Shown: positions 47,858-58,473 of the stretch, one piece after another
Position numbering within the stretch: position 1 is the stretch's first letter
Layout: each line of letters opens with the position of its first letter
NCBI GenBank assembly: GCA_963772835.1
Contig: CAVYYZ010000024.1
Span: 1-64,000 of the forward strand
Origin: an uncultured delta proteobacterium
Lineage (GTDB): Bacteria > Desulfobacterota > Desulfuromonadia > Geobacterales > Pseudopelobacteraceae
Direction of reading: 5' to 3'
DNA length: 64,000 nucleotides
Program-made: the position numbers and the translations under genes
Notes under the pieces: generated by a model
Told to the model about the DNA's origin: nothing
Databases searched by the model: none
The model's input: the letters and a program-made list of their open reading frames with translations, nothing else

Positions 47858-48395
47858 TGATGTCGTCAGTTACATCCTGCGCGTTCTCAGGACTGCCGAT
47901 GTAGAGCAGTTCCTTTCTGACCACAATAGCGGCAAAATTGTTGGCTTTGCCATATTCCCGGGACGACCGCTCAATTGCTCCGTACAGCGAAGCGGTCTCC
48001 TTGCTCTGAAGAGCAAGAAATTCCTCTTCCGACGCCCGGGCAACTTTCTGGAAGTCTTCCAGCTTATTCTGAAATTCCTTCGATTTCGCCTCCTGCTGTT
48101 TCGGAGTCATCGTAGAAATTTTCGCTTCTATGGACGCTTTCAGTTTTTCGACCTGTTTTTTCTTTACATCAATTTTTTCCAGAAGCTGGTCTTTCTTCGT
48201 GGTGAGATGAGCCTTGAGTGCTTTGCCCCGCTCTGACTCATCACCGATACGGGCAACATCAACATAGCCGATACGGAAAGTCTGGACTGCTGCTGACGGC
48301 GCCGGTTTTACTTCAGTGCTTTTATCGGCAGCGAAGGCAAGTGAAGGAAGTGAAAAAAAACAGGCAATCAGAATTCTTGTAACATGTGTGTTCAT
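47823..48395 (-). CDS. OmpH/Skp periplasmic chaperone
   Basis: Signal peptide, RIGYVD, Lys/Glu coiled coil, DVT..II..L. Confidence 0.88.
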   Translation of the reverse strand: MNTHVTRILIACFFSLPSLAFAADKSTEVKPAPSAAVQTFRIGYVDVARIGDESERGKALKAHLTTKKDQLLEKIDVKKKQVEKLKASIEAKISTMTPKQQEAKSKEFQNKLEDFQKVARASEEEFLALQSKETASLYGAIERSSREYGKANNFAAIVVRKELLYIGSPENAQDVTDDIIKALNQSGQNK

Positions 48396-48417
48396 GGAGT
48401 CTCTCTTTTATCGTGGA

Positions 48418-50340
48418 TTATGTGGTACGGTTTTGGAGTCCGGTGCAACGGGCGGCTTTGCGGCGGTTTCGCAGTGATACCAACAACACCCCCGGGAACA
48501 GCAGCAGGGAAACAGCCGATATCAGGGGATGAGCAACTGCGACAACAACCGGTGCCAGGGCCAGACGGGTCATACCTCTCAGGATCGAATGCTGCGCAAT
48601 CATATCAGCCAGCGGTGGACTGTGTCGATAGTAAAATGACACAAAAGCACGTCCAGGGGCATTGGTCAACAGATACTCGTCACGGAAATCGCGCAGAAGC
48701 TGCACCTGCGGATGCAGATAGCTTCCGTAGGCTGCCGTGGCGATGAAACAGCCTCCGCCACCCCCTCCGGAGCCGCCACCGGTATTGACCGGTGCTGCAG
48801 GCTGCAGTGGCTGGTACACCGTTCCGCCGGAGGGTTCCGTTACCGTCAGGCCGGTGCCGTTGGTGCTGAAATTTGCAGTATGATTATCGCTGTCGGCGGC
48901 ATTGACGATCAGCAGGACAGCTTCGGTAGAGCTGCTGAAGCCGGGAACGGTCACCGTTGTTCCGGTCGTGGCGGCAAAAGGATATTCTGTGATGACGCCG
49001 CCGCTGCTTTTGATGAAGGCAGCGGCTCTGATGCCGCTCGTACCGTTGAGTGTGATGGAGAGGTCACCGGGGGCGCCTGCCGTGGGTATAAACCGGTAGT
49101 ACGCAAAAGAATAGTGCGGCAATGTTACCGTCGGAGCCGGAGACGAACCGGCGTTGACCGGGGTGGAGGTGGTGGGAGAGTAGCTGGCCAGGGGTGTGTA
49201 GGGGTGAATGTAGGTGATATCTGCGGGTTGGGTTGTCCACGCCCTGGTATAGACCTGTTTGGCAAAGCCAAAGAAATCTGAACCAAGGGAACTGTTATAG
49301 GTGGCCGACATAAGCAGGCTGTCCAGCACAGGTGCCATCGGAATGTCAGCACCTCCGGCACTGGTAAGGCCGCCGACTTTTTCCCAGGCGCTGCGAATCA
49401 TATCGGTTCCATGCTTTTCAGCCAGGTAGCGATTGAAGATCCAGCGCCCATAGCCGGCACCGATGGTGACTGCATCCGACCCGACTGTTATATCCAGTGA
49501 TTTTGAACTGTTGTTGAACCAGGCCGGTATGTAATTGTACAGCTGATTGACACCGGCATACAGCTCATCTTCCATCCAGGTTGATGTTGCTTCCGCATAC
49601 CAGATATCAAAATAGTAGGTATATCCGTACTGCACGGCGTGGTGATATTCATGTGCGCCGGTGATCTGCAGGCTCTGAAGCGGAGTGTAGGTTGTCGGAT
49701 GATAGATCGAATTAGTGAAACTGCTGTCCAGTTCCAGCCAGCTGGTGACGCCGTTTGGATAGAGTGCCGAAGGGGCAAAATTTCCGCTGTACGTTACGCC
49801 GTAATATCCTTGAGTAGCCAGATTGTGGAGGTAGATGTCGTAGATTCCGTACGTCGTTGGTGCAGGCTGGTAACCAAGTAAGCCGTACTGTGTATAGATG
49901 TTTTCAAACGTGGCGGCAACTGTATGTGCCCAATCCGTCGCGTCGGTCAGCGCCAGGCCGGAGTATATGTTGATGTTGGCTATGTCAGGGGCATCGATGC
50001 CGCTGTCGGTGTAATGTACCTTGTAATGTCCGCCGGAGGAGACAACAGTCAGCTCTGTCCCCGAAAGCGTCGGCAGCGCCAGCTGTTTTGCCAGTACCTT
50101 CTGCGTTGACGGTTCCAGCAGACGCCAGTCGCGCTGCAGGCTGTGCTTCAACGGCATGCCGCAGCGGGCGGATTCTGCAGCTGCCGGCACCGCCGTCAGA
50201 AGCGCTTTTTCAAGCTGTATGTTTTTTACCTCACCGAATTGCTGCAGGTAATATTCATCCAGAGGCCCGGCGGATACCGGTACGGATAATTGAAACAGGG
50301 CTGCAATTGTAGCTGCAACGCGTGAGCAGAAACGGAGCAT
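48418..50340 (-). CDS. Secreted metalloprotease-like protein (HEYHH) with CFI-box-CTERM sorting domain
   Basis: [17 protein letters not shown]; Gly linker then [10 protein letters not shown]...LR.FRD..L, TM helix and basic tail. Confidence 0.85.
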   Translation of the reverse strand: MLRFCSRVAATIAALFQLSVPVSAGPLDEYYLQQFGEVKNIQLEKALLTAVPAAAESARCGMPLKHSLQRDWRLLEPSTQKVLAKQLALPTLSGTELTVVSSGGHYKVHYTDSGIDAPDIANINIYSGLALTDATDWAHTVAATFENIYTQYGLLGYQPAPTTYGIYDIYLHNLATQGYYGVTYSGNFAPSALYPNGVTSWLELDSSFTNSIYHPTTYTPLQSLQITGAHEYHHAVQYGYTYYFDIWYAEATSTWMEDELYAGVNQLYNYIPAWFNNSSKSLDITVGSDAVTIGAGYGRWIFNRYLAEKHGTDMIRSAWEKVGGLTSAGGADIPMAPVLDSLLMSATYNSSLGSDFFGFAKQVYTRAWTTQPADITYIHPYTPLASYSPTTSTPVNAGSSPAPTVTLPHYSFAYYRFIPTAGAPGDLSITLNGTSGIRAAAFIKSSGGVITEYPFAATTGTTVTVPGFSSSTEAVLLIVNAADSDNHTANFSTNGTGLTVTEPSGGTVYQPLQPAAPVNTGGGSGGGGGGCFIATAAYGSYLHPQVQLLRDFRDEYLLTNAPGRAFVSFYYRHSPPLADMIAQHSILRGMTRLALAPVVVAVAHPLISAVSLLLFPGVLLVSLRNRRKAARCTGLQNRTT

Positions 50341-50849
50341 CAATCCACCATCCTTTTCCCGGCCCGTATCGGTACGAGAGTGGTTTTACCACGTTCAACG
50401 GTGATTTCGGCGCTGAACGGACCGCTGCCGACGGAATAAGTACCGGCGGGCAGAACCTCGACGAAATACCCGTTGTCATCGGTCTGTACGGTGACAAGCT
50501 GCCTGCCTCCGGAGGAGATCAGGAGAGGCGTACGGGGAAAGGGCGTAAAGCCGCTGGCTGAGCCGAGTTTGCCTCCGGAACTTTGAAGATAGCAGATTCC
50601 GGCGACAACACCGGTCCCATCGGGAAGAGCGGTTTGTACGATCTGGGGTGTCAGGGTTGTCAGGATAACCGGGCGCACCTTATCCCGCAGCGCCACAAAA
50701 GCGCTCCCGTCATCTGCCGGGCCGGCCGTGAAGGCACGGCCGTCAAAGTGATAATAATTCCAGGCGTCAGTCGGTCGATTAACGACTGCAATGGCGGGAA
50801 GTGCTGCGAGTATAATAATAAACAGTAAAAAACCGCTTGTTCTGGACAT
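50340..50849 (-). CDS. Exported protein with carboxypeptidase-regulatory-like beta domain
   Basis: Signal peptide, TDDNGYF...LPAGTY.V; stop overlaps the next ATG. Confidence 0.75.
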   Translation of the reverse strand: MSRTSGFLLFIIILAALPAIAVVNRPTDAWNYYHFDGRAFTAGPADDGSAFVALRDKVRPVILTTLTPQIVQTALPDGTGVVAGICYLQSSGGKLGSASGFTPFPRTPLLISSGGRQLVTVQTDDNGYFVEVLPAGTYSVGSGPFSAEITVERGKTTLVPIRAGKRMVD

Positions 50850-51029
50850 GGCAACCGCCTCATGTGCGATAGATGCGATCACATTCTGCCCATTTCGCTG
50901 TTATGAAGTCAAATGGAATTATACGTTATCCGTCTCCGCTTGACAAATCGGCTGCGTGGCGATATTTTTATGGGCCGATTACTGACCCGTTTGCAGGAAA
51001 ATATATATAACCGAGAGGAGTTTACCATC

Positions 51030-52196
51030 ATGTCAGAAAAATTCATCTTCACTTCCGAATCCGTATCCGAGGGGCATCCTGACAAGGTTGCCGATCAGGT
51101 GTCGGACGCAATTCTCGACGCAATTCTCACACAGGACCGCACGGCCCGCGTCGCCTGCGAAACCATGGTTACCACCGGTATGGTGGTAATTGCCGGTGAA
51201 ATAACCACAAATGCGGTGATCAATTATTCCGAAATAGCCCGTCAAACCATTAAGAACATCGGCTATACCGACTCGGAAATCGGTTTTGATGCTGATACCT
51301 GTGCGGTGCTTGTTTCTGTTGACCGCCAGTCCCCGGATATCTGTCAGGGGGTTTCGGAGGGAGCCGGACTGCACAAAGAACAGGGTGCCGGCGATCAGGG
51401 GCTTATGTTCGGTTATGCCTGCAACGAAACTCCTGAGCTGATGCCGATGCCGATCCAGCTGGCTCATCAGCTGGTTGCCAAACTGGCCGAAGTGCGCAAA
51501 TCAGGCGTGCTGGACTTCCTGCGGCCCGACTCCAAGTCCCAGGTCTCGGTGGAATATGTTGACGGCAAGCCGAGCCGTATTGATACGGTCGTTATCTCCA
51601 CCCAGCACACTCCTGAAGTAACTCACCGCAGGATCGAGGAGGAGGTCATTGCGGAAGTGATCAAGAAGGTCATCCCGGCACATCTGCTCGATGCAGATAC
51701 ACGGTATTTCATTAATCCGACCGGCCGCTTTGTTGTCGGTGGTCCGATGGGAGACTGCGGGTTGACCGGCCGCAAGATCATCGTTGATACCTACGGAGGC
51801 ATGGGTCGCCACGGCGGCGGCGCCTTCTCGGGCAAAGATCCTTCAAAGGTTGACCGTTCGGCTGCCTACATGGGCCGCTATGTCGCAAAAAATCTGGTTG
51901 CCGCCGGTCTCTGTGACCGCTGCGAAGTACAGGTTGCCTACGCAATCGGCATGGCCCAGCCGGTCTCTATCATGGTCAATACCTTCGGTACCGGAAAACT
52001 GCCGGAAGATCGTTTTTCATCTCTGGTCCGCGAAACATTCGACATGCGTCCGAGCGCTATCATCGAACAGCTTGACCTTCTCCGCCCGATATATCTCAAA
52101 ACTGCGGCCTATGGTCACTTCGGTCGTGAGTTGCCCGAATTTACCTGGGAGCGTACCGACAAAGCAGCCCTGCTGAAGCAAAAAGCGGGAATTTGA
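51030..52196 (+). CDS. metK: S-adenosylmethionine synthetase
   Basis: [39 protein letters not shown]. Confidence 0.98.
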   Translation: MSEKFIFTSESVSEGHPDKVADQVSDAILDAILTQDRTARVACETMVTTGMVVIAGEITTNAVINYSEIARQTIKNIGYTDSEIGFDADTCAVLVSVDRQSPDICQGVSEGAGLHKEQGAGDQGLMFGYACNETPELMPMPIQLAHQLVAKLAEVRKSGVLDFLRPDSKSQVSVEYVDGKPSRIDTVVISTQHTPEVTHRRIEEEVIAEVIKKVIPAHLLDADTRYFINPTGRFVVGGPMGDCGLTGRKIIVDTYGGMGRHGGGAFSGKDPSKVDRSAAYMGRYVAKNLVAAGLCDRCEVQVAYAIGMAQPVSIMVNTFGTGKLPEDRFSSLVRETFDMRPSAIIEQLDLLRPIYLKTAAYGHFGRELPEFTWERTDKAALLKQKAGI

Positions 52197-52258
52197 TCAC
52201 GTATTACAGGGGCGGCGTTAAAAACCGCCCTCTTCTTTAAATCCGAAAATACATTTGA

Positions 52259-52336
52259 AACACAGAGCAACGGAGCAACGGAGTAAAATTTAGAGTAAAT
52301 CGGTTTGATTTCTCTGTTGCTCCGTTGCTCTGTGTT
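52259..52336. repeat. Inverted arms of tandem repeats (CAGAGCAA/CGGAGCAA) around an AT-rich spacer
   Basis: aacacagagcaacggagcaacggag / ctctgttgctccgttgctctgtgtt, 24/25 complementary. Confidence 0.85.
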
Positions 52337-52368
52337 ATTTTAAGACTGGTTGTTACAGGTTTAACGCC

Positions 52369-54609
52369 ATGCTGACCAATCCGATTGAACATAACCCGCT
52401 GCTATTCGGCCATGATGAACGAACCGGCATCATCGCGGTGGAACCGGTCGGACACTTTATCAGGCTCTTTTTTAGAACTGCCGGGCGTGTCCATTTCCAT
52501 GATGAACCCTTTCAACCGTTCATTCTGGTCAGCGACCCGGGGGTGGTATCTGGTTGTCGTGTCCCGTGCGCCGTACGGCAATTAACCGGGGACGATTTCT
52601 TCCGCTTCCAGCTGTTGTTTGATTCCTGGAGCGACTGCCTTCTCGCCAGGGATTTTCTGGCGGCTAAAACCGGTACTCGGCACTCGGCTCCCGATGCCCC
52701 GTATCTATTCCTGCCGGATCTTTCTCATCAATATATGCTGGCCAGTGGCACCACGCTTTTTAAAGGCCTGGAATTCTCCGATCTGCGCTGTCTGGCTCTT
52801 GATATTGAAACCGCGTGCGCCGAGGGGTATGACTTTTCGAACCCGGAGCGCCCGGAAGACCGTATCATCTCTATCGCTCTCAAGGATTCTCATGGAGAGG
52901 AGATCGTGCTGCGCGGTGACCGGTTGACAGAGCCGGAGCTGCTTCACGCCTTGAACAGCGAGATCCAACGCTGCGATCCGGATGTCATCACCGGTCACAA
53001 TATATTTCGTTTTGATCTCGATTACATCGGCCGCCGGGCGCAGATGCACGATATCCGCCTGACCTGGGGGAGAAACGGTGCGGCTCCGCACATCACCCCG
53101 CATGCCCGCTGGAGTCTGGCTGAGAAAAATCTGGAATACCAGCGCTGGGATATCTATGGCCGGCATATTATCGATACATATTTTCTGGTGCAGTTGTATG
53201 ATGTCGGCGGCCGTAATCTTGAAAGTCACGGACTCAAGTCGGTAGCACGGCATTTTGGAGTTGCCGCTGAAGATCGCACCTACATAGCCGGTGCCGATAT
53301 TTCTGCGACATTTCAACAGGATCCAGAACAGCTCTATCGCTACAACATCGATGATGTCCGGGAGACGCTCTCCCTGTTCCGGCTGCTTGGCTATCCCTGG
53401 TTTCTGCAGGGCCGGATTTTCCCGTACTCCTTTCAAAACTGCGTCATTCGCGGTAACGCCACCCGCATCAACTCCCTCTTTCTGCGTGAATACCTGTATC
53501 GCGGCCATACTATCCCGGCCCGTACATCCTCTGCTGCTCCCTTTGAGGGTGGCTATACCGAGTCCGCATATTCCGGTGTTATTGGACCGATAGTCCATTG
53601 CGACGTGGCATCGCTCTACCCGTCATTGATGCTGACATACCGGCTGGCTCCGGCAAAGGACACTCTCGGGCTGTTTCTCCCGATGCTCTCGGAGCTGCGC
53701 CGTTTCAGGCTGAACTCCAAGCAGGCGGCCCGGGATGCGGCGGAGGATTCGGAACGCCGCTATTTTGATGCGCTTCAGCAGCTGTTCAAGGTTCTGATCA
53801 ATTCGTTTTATGGCTATCTGGGGGCCGCACGGCACAACTTTTCCGATCCGGCGACCGCTGCCGAAGTGACTCGTCTCGGCCGGGTTACGATCAAAAACAT
53901 GATTGACCTCCTTGCGGCAGAAGGCGCCCGACCGGTGGAAGTAGATACGGACGGCATCTATTTCAAACCGCCCGGGTCATGTGCAACCGAGGAGGGGGAA
54001 AGTGATCTGGTGCGGCGCATCTCCCGGAAGTTGCCGGAAGGAATCGAGGTTGAACTGGACGGACGCTATCAATCGATGTTCGCCTATAAAACTAAAAATT
54101 ACGCATTGATGGAATATGACGGCAGGATCATTATCAAGGGGAGCGGACTCCGTTCGCGCGGTCTCGAACCGTATCTGCGGGAATTCATGCGCGATGCCGT
54201 CGAACTGATTCTCGCCGGGAAAGCCGGGGATGTTGAGCGGTTATTCGACCGGTATGTAGCCAGACTTCGTACGCGCGGGTTGGATGTTGTCTGGGTGTCC
54301 CGCAGCGAGACACTCAATGATTCACCGGACAGTTATCGTGAAAAGCTTCGTCTGGGCTCGCGCAATCATTCGGCCGCTTTTGAGATAGCTCTTGCCTCAG
54401 GCAAACCCTACCGTGCCGGAGATCACGTCAGTTACTATGTCTGCGGCACCGGCAGAGATGTGACGGCGTATGAACAGTGCCGTCCGGTGGCTGCATTTGA
54501 TCCGGTGCATCCTGATATTAATGTGCTGTACTACATTGAAAAGCTGCGTCATGTGAAAAAACGGTTTGAACCGTTCATGCCGAAAGAACCGACTCTTTTT
54601 GATTTGTGA
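52369..54609 (+). CDS. Family B DNA polymerase with 3'-5' exonuclease (Pol II-like)
   Basis: DIET, GHN...FD..Y, YNIDD; DVASLYPS, K..INS.YGYLG, DTDG, KNY. Confidence 0.92.
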   Translation: MLTNPIEHNPLLFGHDERTGIIAVEPVGHFIRLFFRTAGRVHFHDEPFQPFILVSDPGVVSGCRVPCAVRQLTGDDFFRFQLLFDSWSDCLLARDFLAAKTGTRHSAPDAPYLFLPDLSHQYMLASGTTLFKGLEFSDLRCLALDIETACAEGYDFSNPERPEDRIISIALKDSHGEEIVLRGDRLTEPELLHALNSEIQRCDPDVITGHNIFRFDLDYIGRRAQMHDIRLTWGRNGAAPHITPHARWSLAEKNLEYQRWDIYGRHIIDTYFLVQLYDVGGRNLESHGLKSVARHFGVAAEDRTYIAGADISATFQQDPEQLYRYNIDDVRETLSLFRLLGYPWFLQGRIFPYSFQNCVIRGNATRINSLFLREYLYRGHTIPARTSSAAPFEGGYTESAYSGVIGPIVHCDVASLYPSLMLTYRLAPAKDTLGLFLPMLSELRRFRLNSKQAARDAAEDSERRYFDALQQLFKVLINSFYGYLGAARHNFSDPATAAEVTRLGRVTIKNMIDLLAAEGARPVEVDTDGIYFKPPGSCATEEGESDLVRRISRKLPEGIEVELDGRYQSMFAYKTKNYALMEYDGRIIIKGSGLRSRGLEPYLREFMRDAVELILAGKAGDVERLFDRYVARLRTRGLDVVWVSRSETLNDSPDSYREKLRLGSRNHSAAFEIALASGKPYRAGDHVSYYVCGTGRDVTAYEQCRPVAAFDPVHPDINVLYYIEKLRHVKKRFEPFMPKEPTLFDL

Positions 54610-54796
54610 TACTTGCAAGCCGGATGCCTTTGTGGTAAAGAGTCTCAAAAGAGATGAAAAAATACTGAACTTCTTCCTGACGTAATTAAATCCACCTCTC
54701 TGTGACGGGAAAGGTGCAGGGGTGAGGGGATGTATTTTACCGTGTGTCAATAACGCCGGGTTCTACCATGTTGCCATGCCATTAAAAGGAGACCGT

Positions 54797-55186
54797 ATGA
54801 AAAAGGTTCTGTTGTTGTCAGCGGTATTATGTGCTTTTGTCGTGATGGGTCCGGGTCTGGCGGCGGCGGATCAGCAGCCGGAAATGATTGCGGAGAAGAT
54901 GGCGACGAAGTTTGTGAGAGGGATCACCAACACGGTCACCAGTATTGTTGAGCTTCCTAAACAGACGATTCTGACCGGGCGGGATATGGGGCCGGTAGGG
55001 TATGTCATCGGCCCGATAAAGGGTGTCGGGATGGTGCTTTACCGTGCCGTAGTCGGGGTATCGGAAACACTTTTCTGCATGGTTCCTCAACCGGGCTATT
55101 ATGATCCAATGATGGACCCGGAATATGTCTGGCAGGGATGGGAACCTAAAAGAGATACGACAAAGGCTGTTGCGGAAGAAAAATAA
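54797..55186 (+). CDS. Exosortase-system-associated (TIGR04073-like) exported protein
   Basis: Signal peptide, KFVRGITN..T...ELPKQ, G..KG....R...G..E, PEYVW. Confidence 0.75.
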   Translation: MKKVLLLSAVLCAFVVMGPGLAAADQQPEMIAEKMATKFVRGITNTVTSIVELPKQTILTGRDMGPVGYVIGPIKGVGMVLYRAVVGVSETLFCMVPQPGYYDPMMDPEYVWQGWEPKRDTTKAVAEEK

Positions 55187-55201
55187 CCCTGAATGTAGAC
55201 C

Positions 55202-55324
55202 TCACCACGGCCAAAAGCAGGCGCTTCTCAGCGAGACACGGAGAAAATAAGAACCAGAATCACTCTGGCTCAACCCAAGTGTTCTCTCATATAAACTGGT
55301 CTTTTCTCGGTGCCTCCGTGGTGA
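55202..55324. repeat. Second CACGGAG-type inverted-arm element, with the same 23-nt insert as 16635
   Basis: tcaccacgg[ccaaaagcaggcgcttctcagcg]agacacggagaaaa / ttttctcggtgcctccgtggtga. Confidence 0.8.
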
Positions 55325-55345
55325 ACGCTCTTTTAATCAGACGGT

Positions 55346-56209
55346 TCACGCCAACCGCTGTCGCAGATATGCTTCAAATTCAGCACTGAATTCCTTCCTC
55401 TTAAGCGCCATATCGACGGTTGCTTTCAGGAATCCGAGTTTGTCACCGCAGTCATGACGTAATCCCTCAAACAAACAGCCGTAAACCCTTTCTTCTTTTG
55501 ACAATGTCAGGATGGCATCCGTCAGCTGGATTTCTCCGCCTTTCCCCGGTTCCTGATTTCGGAGGATGTCGAAAATACGCGGTGTCAATACGTAGCGGCC
55601 GATAATAGCCATGTCGGAGGGCGCCTCTTCCCGGGCGGGTTTCTCGACCATGTCTGTGACAACGAACGTACGCTCGCCGATTTTGTCCGCCGCGACACAT
55701 CCGTACGCAGAGATGTTTTCCATGGGTACTTTTTCCAGCGCCAGCACCGATCCTCCCTGCTGATTGAATACTTCCAGCAACTGCCCGAGGCAGGGGCGCT
55801 CGCTGTCAACAATGTCATCACCGAGCAGAACGGCAAAGGGTTCATTGCCGACGAAATCCTTGGCACAGAGAATGGCATGACCAAGGCCCATGGCCTGTCG
55901 CTGCCGGACATAGAAAATATCAACCATCTCGGCTATTTCGCGAACCCGCGAGAGCTCCCGGTCTTTTCCTTTGTCGTAGAGGTGCGCCTCCAGTTCCACG
56001 GAAATATCGAAGTGGTCCTCAATATTATGTTTGCCGCGCCCGGTTACAAAAAGAATCTGCTCAATGCCAGAGGCCACAGCCTCTTCAACAACGTACTGCA
56101 CCAGCGGTTTGTCAATCAGCGGCAGCATCTCTTTGGGGGAGGATTTGGTAGCAGGAAGAAAACGGGTGCCGAGACCGGCAACCGGAAACACGGCTTTTTT
56201 GACTTTCAT
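55346..56209 (-). CDS. galU: UTP-glucose-1-phosphate uridylyltransferase
   Basis: KAVFPVAGLGTRFLPATK..PKEMLP, VEKP, GEIQLTDA. Confidence 0.97.
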   Translation of the reverse strand: MKVKKAVFPVAGLGTRFLPATKSSPKEMLPLIDKPLVQYVVEEAVASGIEQILFVTGRGKHNIEDHFDISVELEAHLYDKGKDRELSRVREIAEMVDIFYVRQRQAMGLGHAILCAKDFVGNEPFAVLLGDDIVDSERPCLGQLLEVFNQQGGSVLALEKVPMENISAYGCVAADKIGERTFVVTDMVEKPAREEAPSDMAIIGRYVLTPRIFDILRNQEPGKGGEIQLTDAILTLSKEERVYGCLFEGLRHDCGDKLGFLKATVDMALKRKEFSAEFEAYLRQRLA

Positions 56210-56250
56210 GTGGGGCTCCAGAGTTGCTGAAAAATAATCAAAAAACCGAT

Positions 56251-56380
56251 TGAAACACAGAGCAACAGAGCAAATCTTACAAAAATTGAGAAGCTTATTT
56301 GATAAAGACCCTTTGCTAGAGGTTACGCCTGTTTTTATTATAGGATTTCTGTCTCAGTTGCTCTGTTGCTCTGTGGTTCA
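56251..56380. repeat. Second CAGAGCAA-type inverted-arm element
   Basis: tgaaacacagagcaacagagcaa / ttgctctgttgctctgtggttca, 22/23 complementary. Confidence 0.85.
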
Positions 56381-56386
56381 GAAATA

Positions 56387-56620
56387 TTACTCTCCCGAGC
56401 AGGCGCATCCGCTGCATGCAGCCGGTTTCGGCGCTTCGGTTTTCGGGCAGTACCCGGTATTAAACCAGCCGTCACCTTTAAGGCTGAAAGCAGTGGAAGA
56501 GATCATCTTTTCTACGGCCGCACCGCATTGCGGGCATTGGCTGGCAGGTGGATCGGAAAACTTCTGACGCAGTTCAAACTGGTTGTTGCAGGAAGTGCAA
56601 CGGTATTCGTACATCGGCAT
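56387..56620 (-). CDS. FmdB-family zinc-ribbon protein
   Basis: MPMYEYRC..C...FE...CPQCG...K.IS...F.LKG.GW. Confidence 0.9.
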   Translation of the reverse strand: MPMYEYRCTSCNNQFELRQKFSDPPASQCPQCGAAVEKMISSTAFSLKGDGWFNTGYCPKTEAPKPAACSGCACSGE

Positions 56621-56754
56621 GACGCGTAAACTCCTCTGACCGTCTATAATAGTTGTAGCCCTAATATAGTGATTACATGGCTGGTTTGTCAATGTTACGG
56701 ATAGTTATCGTTGACAGACGATTGATTGCATATTAGGCCTGATTTGTGCTAAAG

Positions 56755-56770
56755 AGTGATCCGGATCACA
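56755..56770. promoter_or_regulatory. Dyad AGTGAT-N4-ATCACA (CRP/FNR-like shape)
   Basis: 14/16 identical to the reverse complement of 63816-63831. Confidence 0.5.
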
Positions 56771-56989
56771 GTATTACGCTATTTGCCCATATGGATTCTG
56801 GCTGTTATTCTTCGGGATTAATTTATTTTATAGGTAGATCAGCGTGTTACACTCTTCATCAGTGGGCGTTGGTTGTGTTTGTGTCAGGTGACCCGCTTCA
56901 CCGTATACAGTTATTTCGCCGGATGAGGTCTGAGATCTGTTATGAACAATAAATAGATGAGCTGTTTACTAGATGCACTGTTTACTCAC

Positions 56990-57017
56990 TTGACAAGAAC
57001 ATATTTGGATGTATTTT
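56990..57017 (+). promoter_or_regulatory. Candidate sigma70 promoter of the porin-cytochrome operon
   Basis: TTGACA-N16-TATTTT; CTGTTTACT direct repeat at 56962 and 56978. Confidence 0.5.
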
Positions 57018-57144
57018 GTTAAACCTGCTTAGGCTTCTGACGCAGCAGAATAGAGCGGTTATTTCAGGTCATTTCCATATATTCGTACCACGTACCATAT
57101 ACCATGGCTCAGCAGAACGCATCTTCCGGAAAGGAGGGAATATT

Positions 57145-58473
57145 TTGAAACAAAACAACATGAAAAAAAGCTGCCTGACCCTTGGGATTGGAGTGGCAGT
57201 GCTGGCTTCATCACTGCTCTGGTCAGCACCGCTCATGGCGTCCGACTACTCATTTTCAGGTGAGTCCAACACGATCTTCCGCATGCGGACAACGACCGAC
57301 AAGAAGAATCTGTATCCTGCCTACGAATATCTTCGTCTCAACATGACCGACAATCGCAGTGACGGCTCGGGGATTTCATTTTACCTTGGTGCCTGGGGGC
57401 GTGCCGATCTGGGTGACAAATCCACATCCAACAATACGGATGGTGATCTTCAGTATGCCTATCTCACCTACCATGCCCCGAAAAATAATGCCGCAGTCAC
57501 CATAGGACGTCAGTTCATCAGCGAAGGTGTTGCTGCCGAGCGAATCGACGGCCTTTTTCTGCGCAGTGATTTCGGATATGGACTCGGAGCATCGGCATTC
57601 GTCGGCAATTCCGTTATCACGGAGCCGAACTCTGATCCGAAATATCAGGGTGGAGCGATCGTCTACGGCACACGGGTCTCGCAGACAAACAAAAAACTGT
57701 ACACCATCGGCCTGAGCGTCCTCAAAAGCGAGCGGGAAAATAACTCCCGTTATCGTGAAGAGGAGGGGGTAGATCTCTGGCTCCGCCCGCATGAACTGGT
57801 CGATATCACCGGCCGCTCAACCTACAACTCCATCACAAACGGCTGGATGGAAAACAATTATGCCATCTCCTATGCGCCGATAACAACTCTCAGGCTCGGA
57901 GTGGATTTTTCGTATATTAACTTCAAAGATTATTTATTCAACCTCACAACTCCGGCGTTAAGCATCTTAAATCCGGTTTGGAGCCTCAATAATAATCAGA
58001 CCGCTGTCGGTGTCAGCGCCGCATATACCGGGGTCAAAAATCTGACGGTCGCGGCAGACTGCAAATTCTACAGTTATGACCAGTCCGGTGATGCCTCGTA
58101 TTTCGGCGGCAAGGCGAGCTACTCCTTTCCTGATGCGTTAGCGGTAGGCGGCGGACTCCATCGTATGGAAGGCGACACTGACAAATTGCGCTATACTGAA
58201 TACCGGGTCTATGCCTCCAAAAAAATCGGCCGGACCGATCTGACTGTTGACGCAATCAACGTGCATTATGACAAAGAAATCAGCGGGATCAGCAGCAGCT
58301 ATGCGCTCACCGGTGCAGCCGGATACGAGTTCAGCCGGAAGTTTAAAGTCAGGGGTGACCTTCAATACTCAAAAAATCCTGATTTTGACAGAGAGGTTCG
58401 TGCTCTTGTAATGGGTACCTATACGTTTGACACAAAGTTTGTTGCTGAAGGGAGGCCAAAGAGTGAAAAATAA
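57145..58473 (+). CDS. Outer-membrane beta-barrel of porin-cytochrome type (ExtB/OmbB-like)
   Basis: TTG after AGGAGG, signal peptide, P.YEYLRL, GRQF..EGVAAE.IDG, alternating aromatic strands; coupled to cytochromes. Confidence 0.8.
   Translation: MKQNNMKKSCLTLGIGVAVLASSLLWSAPLMASDYSFSGESNTIFRMRTTTDKKNLYPAYEYLRLNMTDNRSDGSGISFYLGAWGRADLGDKSTSNNTDGDLQYAYLTYHAPKNNAAVTIGRQFISEGVAAERIDGLFLRSDFGYGLGASAFVGNSVITEPNSDPKYQGGAIVYGTRVSQTNKKLYTIGLSVLKSERENNSRYREEEGVDLWLRPHELVDITGRSTYNSITNGWMENNYAISYAPITTLRLGVDFSYINFKDYLFNLTTPALSILNPVWSLNNNQTAVGVSAAYTGVKNLTVAADCKFYSYDQSGDASYFGGKASYSFPDALAVGGGLHRMEGDTDKLRYTEYRVYASKKIGRTDLTVDAINVHYDKEISGISSSYALTGAAGYEFSRKFKVRGDLQYSKNPDFDREVRALVMGTYTFDTKFVAEGRPKSEK

Noticed and set aside
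50850..51029. SAM riboswitch upstream of metK
   Set aside because: No S-box core (ATC...AGA...GAT, kink-turn) recognisable.
52348..52365. Geobacter LexA-like box before polB (GGTTgtTacagGtttAaC)
   Set aside because: Two mismatches to the recalled GGTT-N2-C-N4-G-N3-ACC consensus; too weak.
54691..54729. Degenerate CCTCTC...GGG.AGG...GGGGTGAGGG REP-like half element
   Set aside because: Single, eroded copy with no partner in the window.
52259..56380. CRISPR-like interpretation of the short repeats
   Set aside because: Repeats are inverted pairs of tandem units with no regular spacer array and no cas genes.
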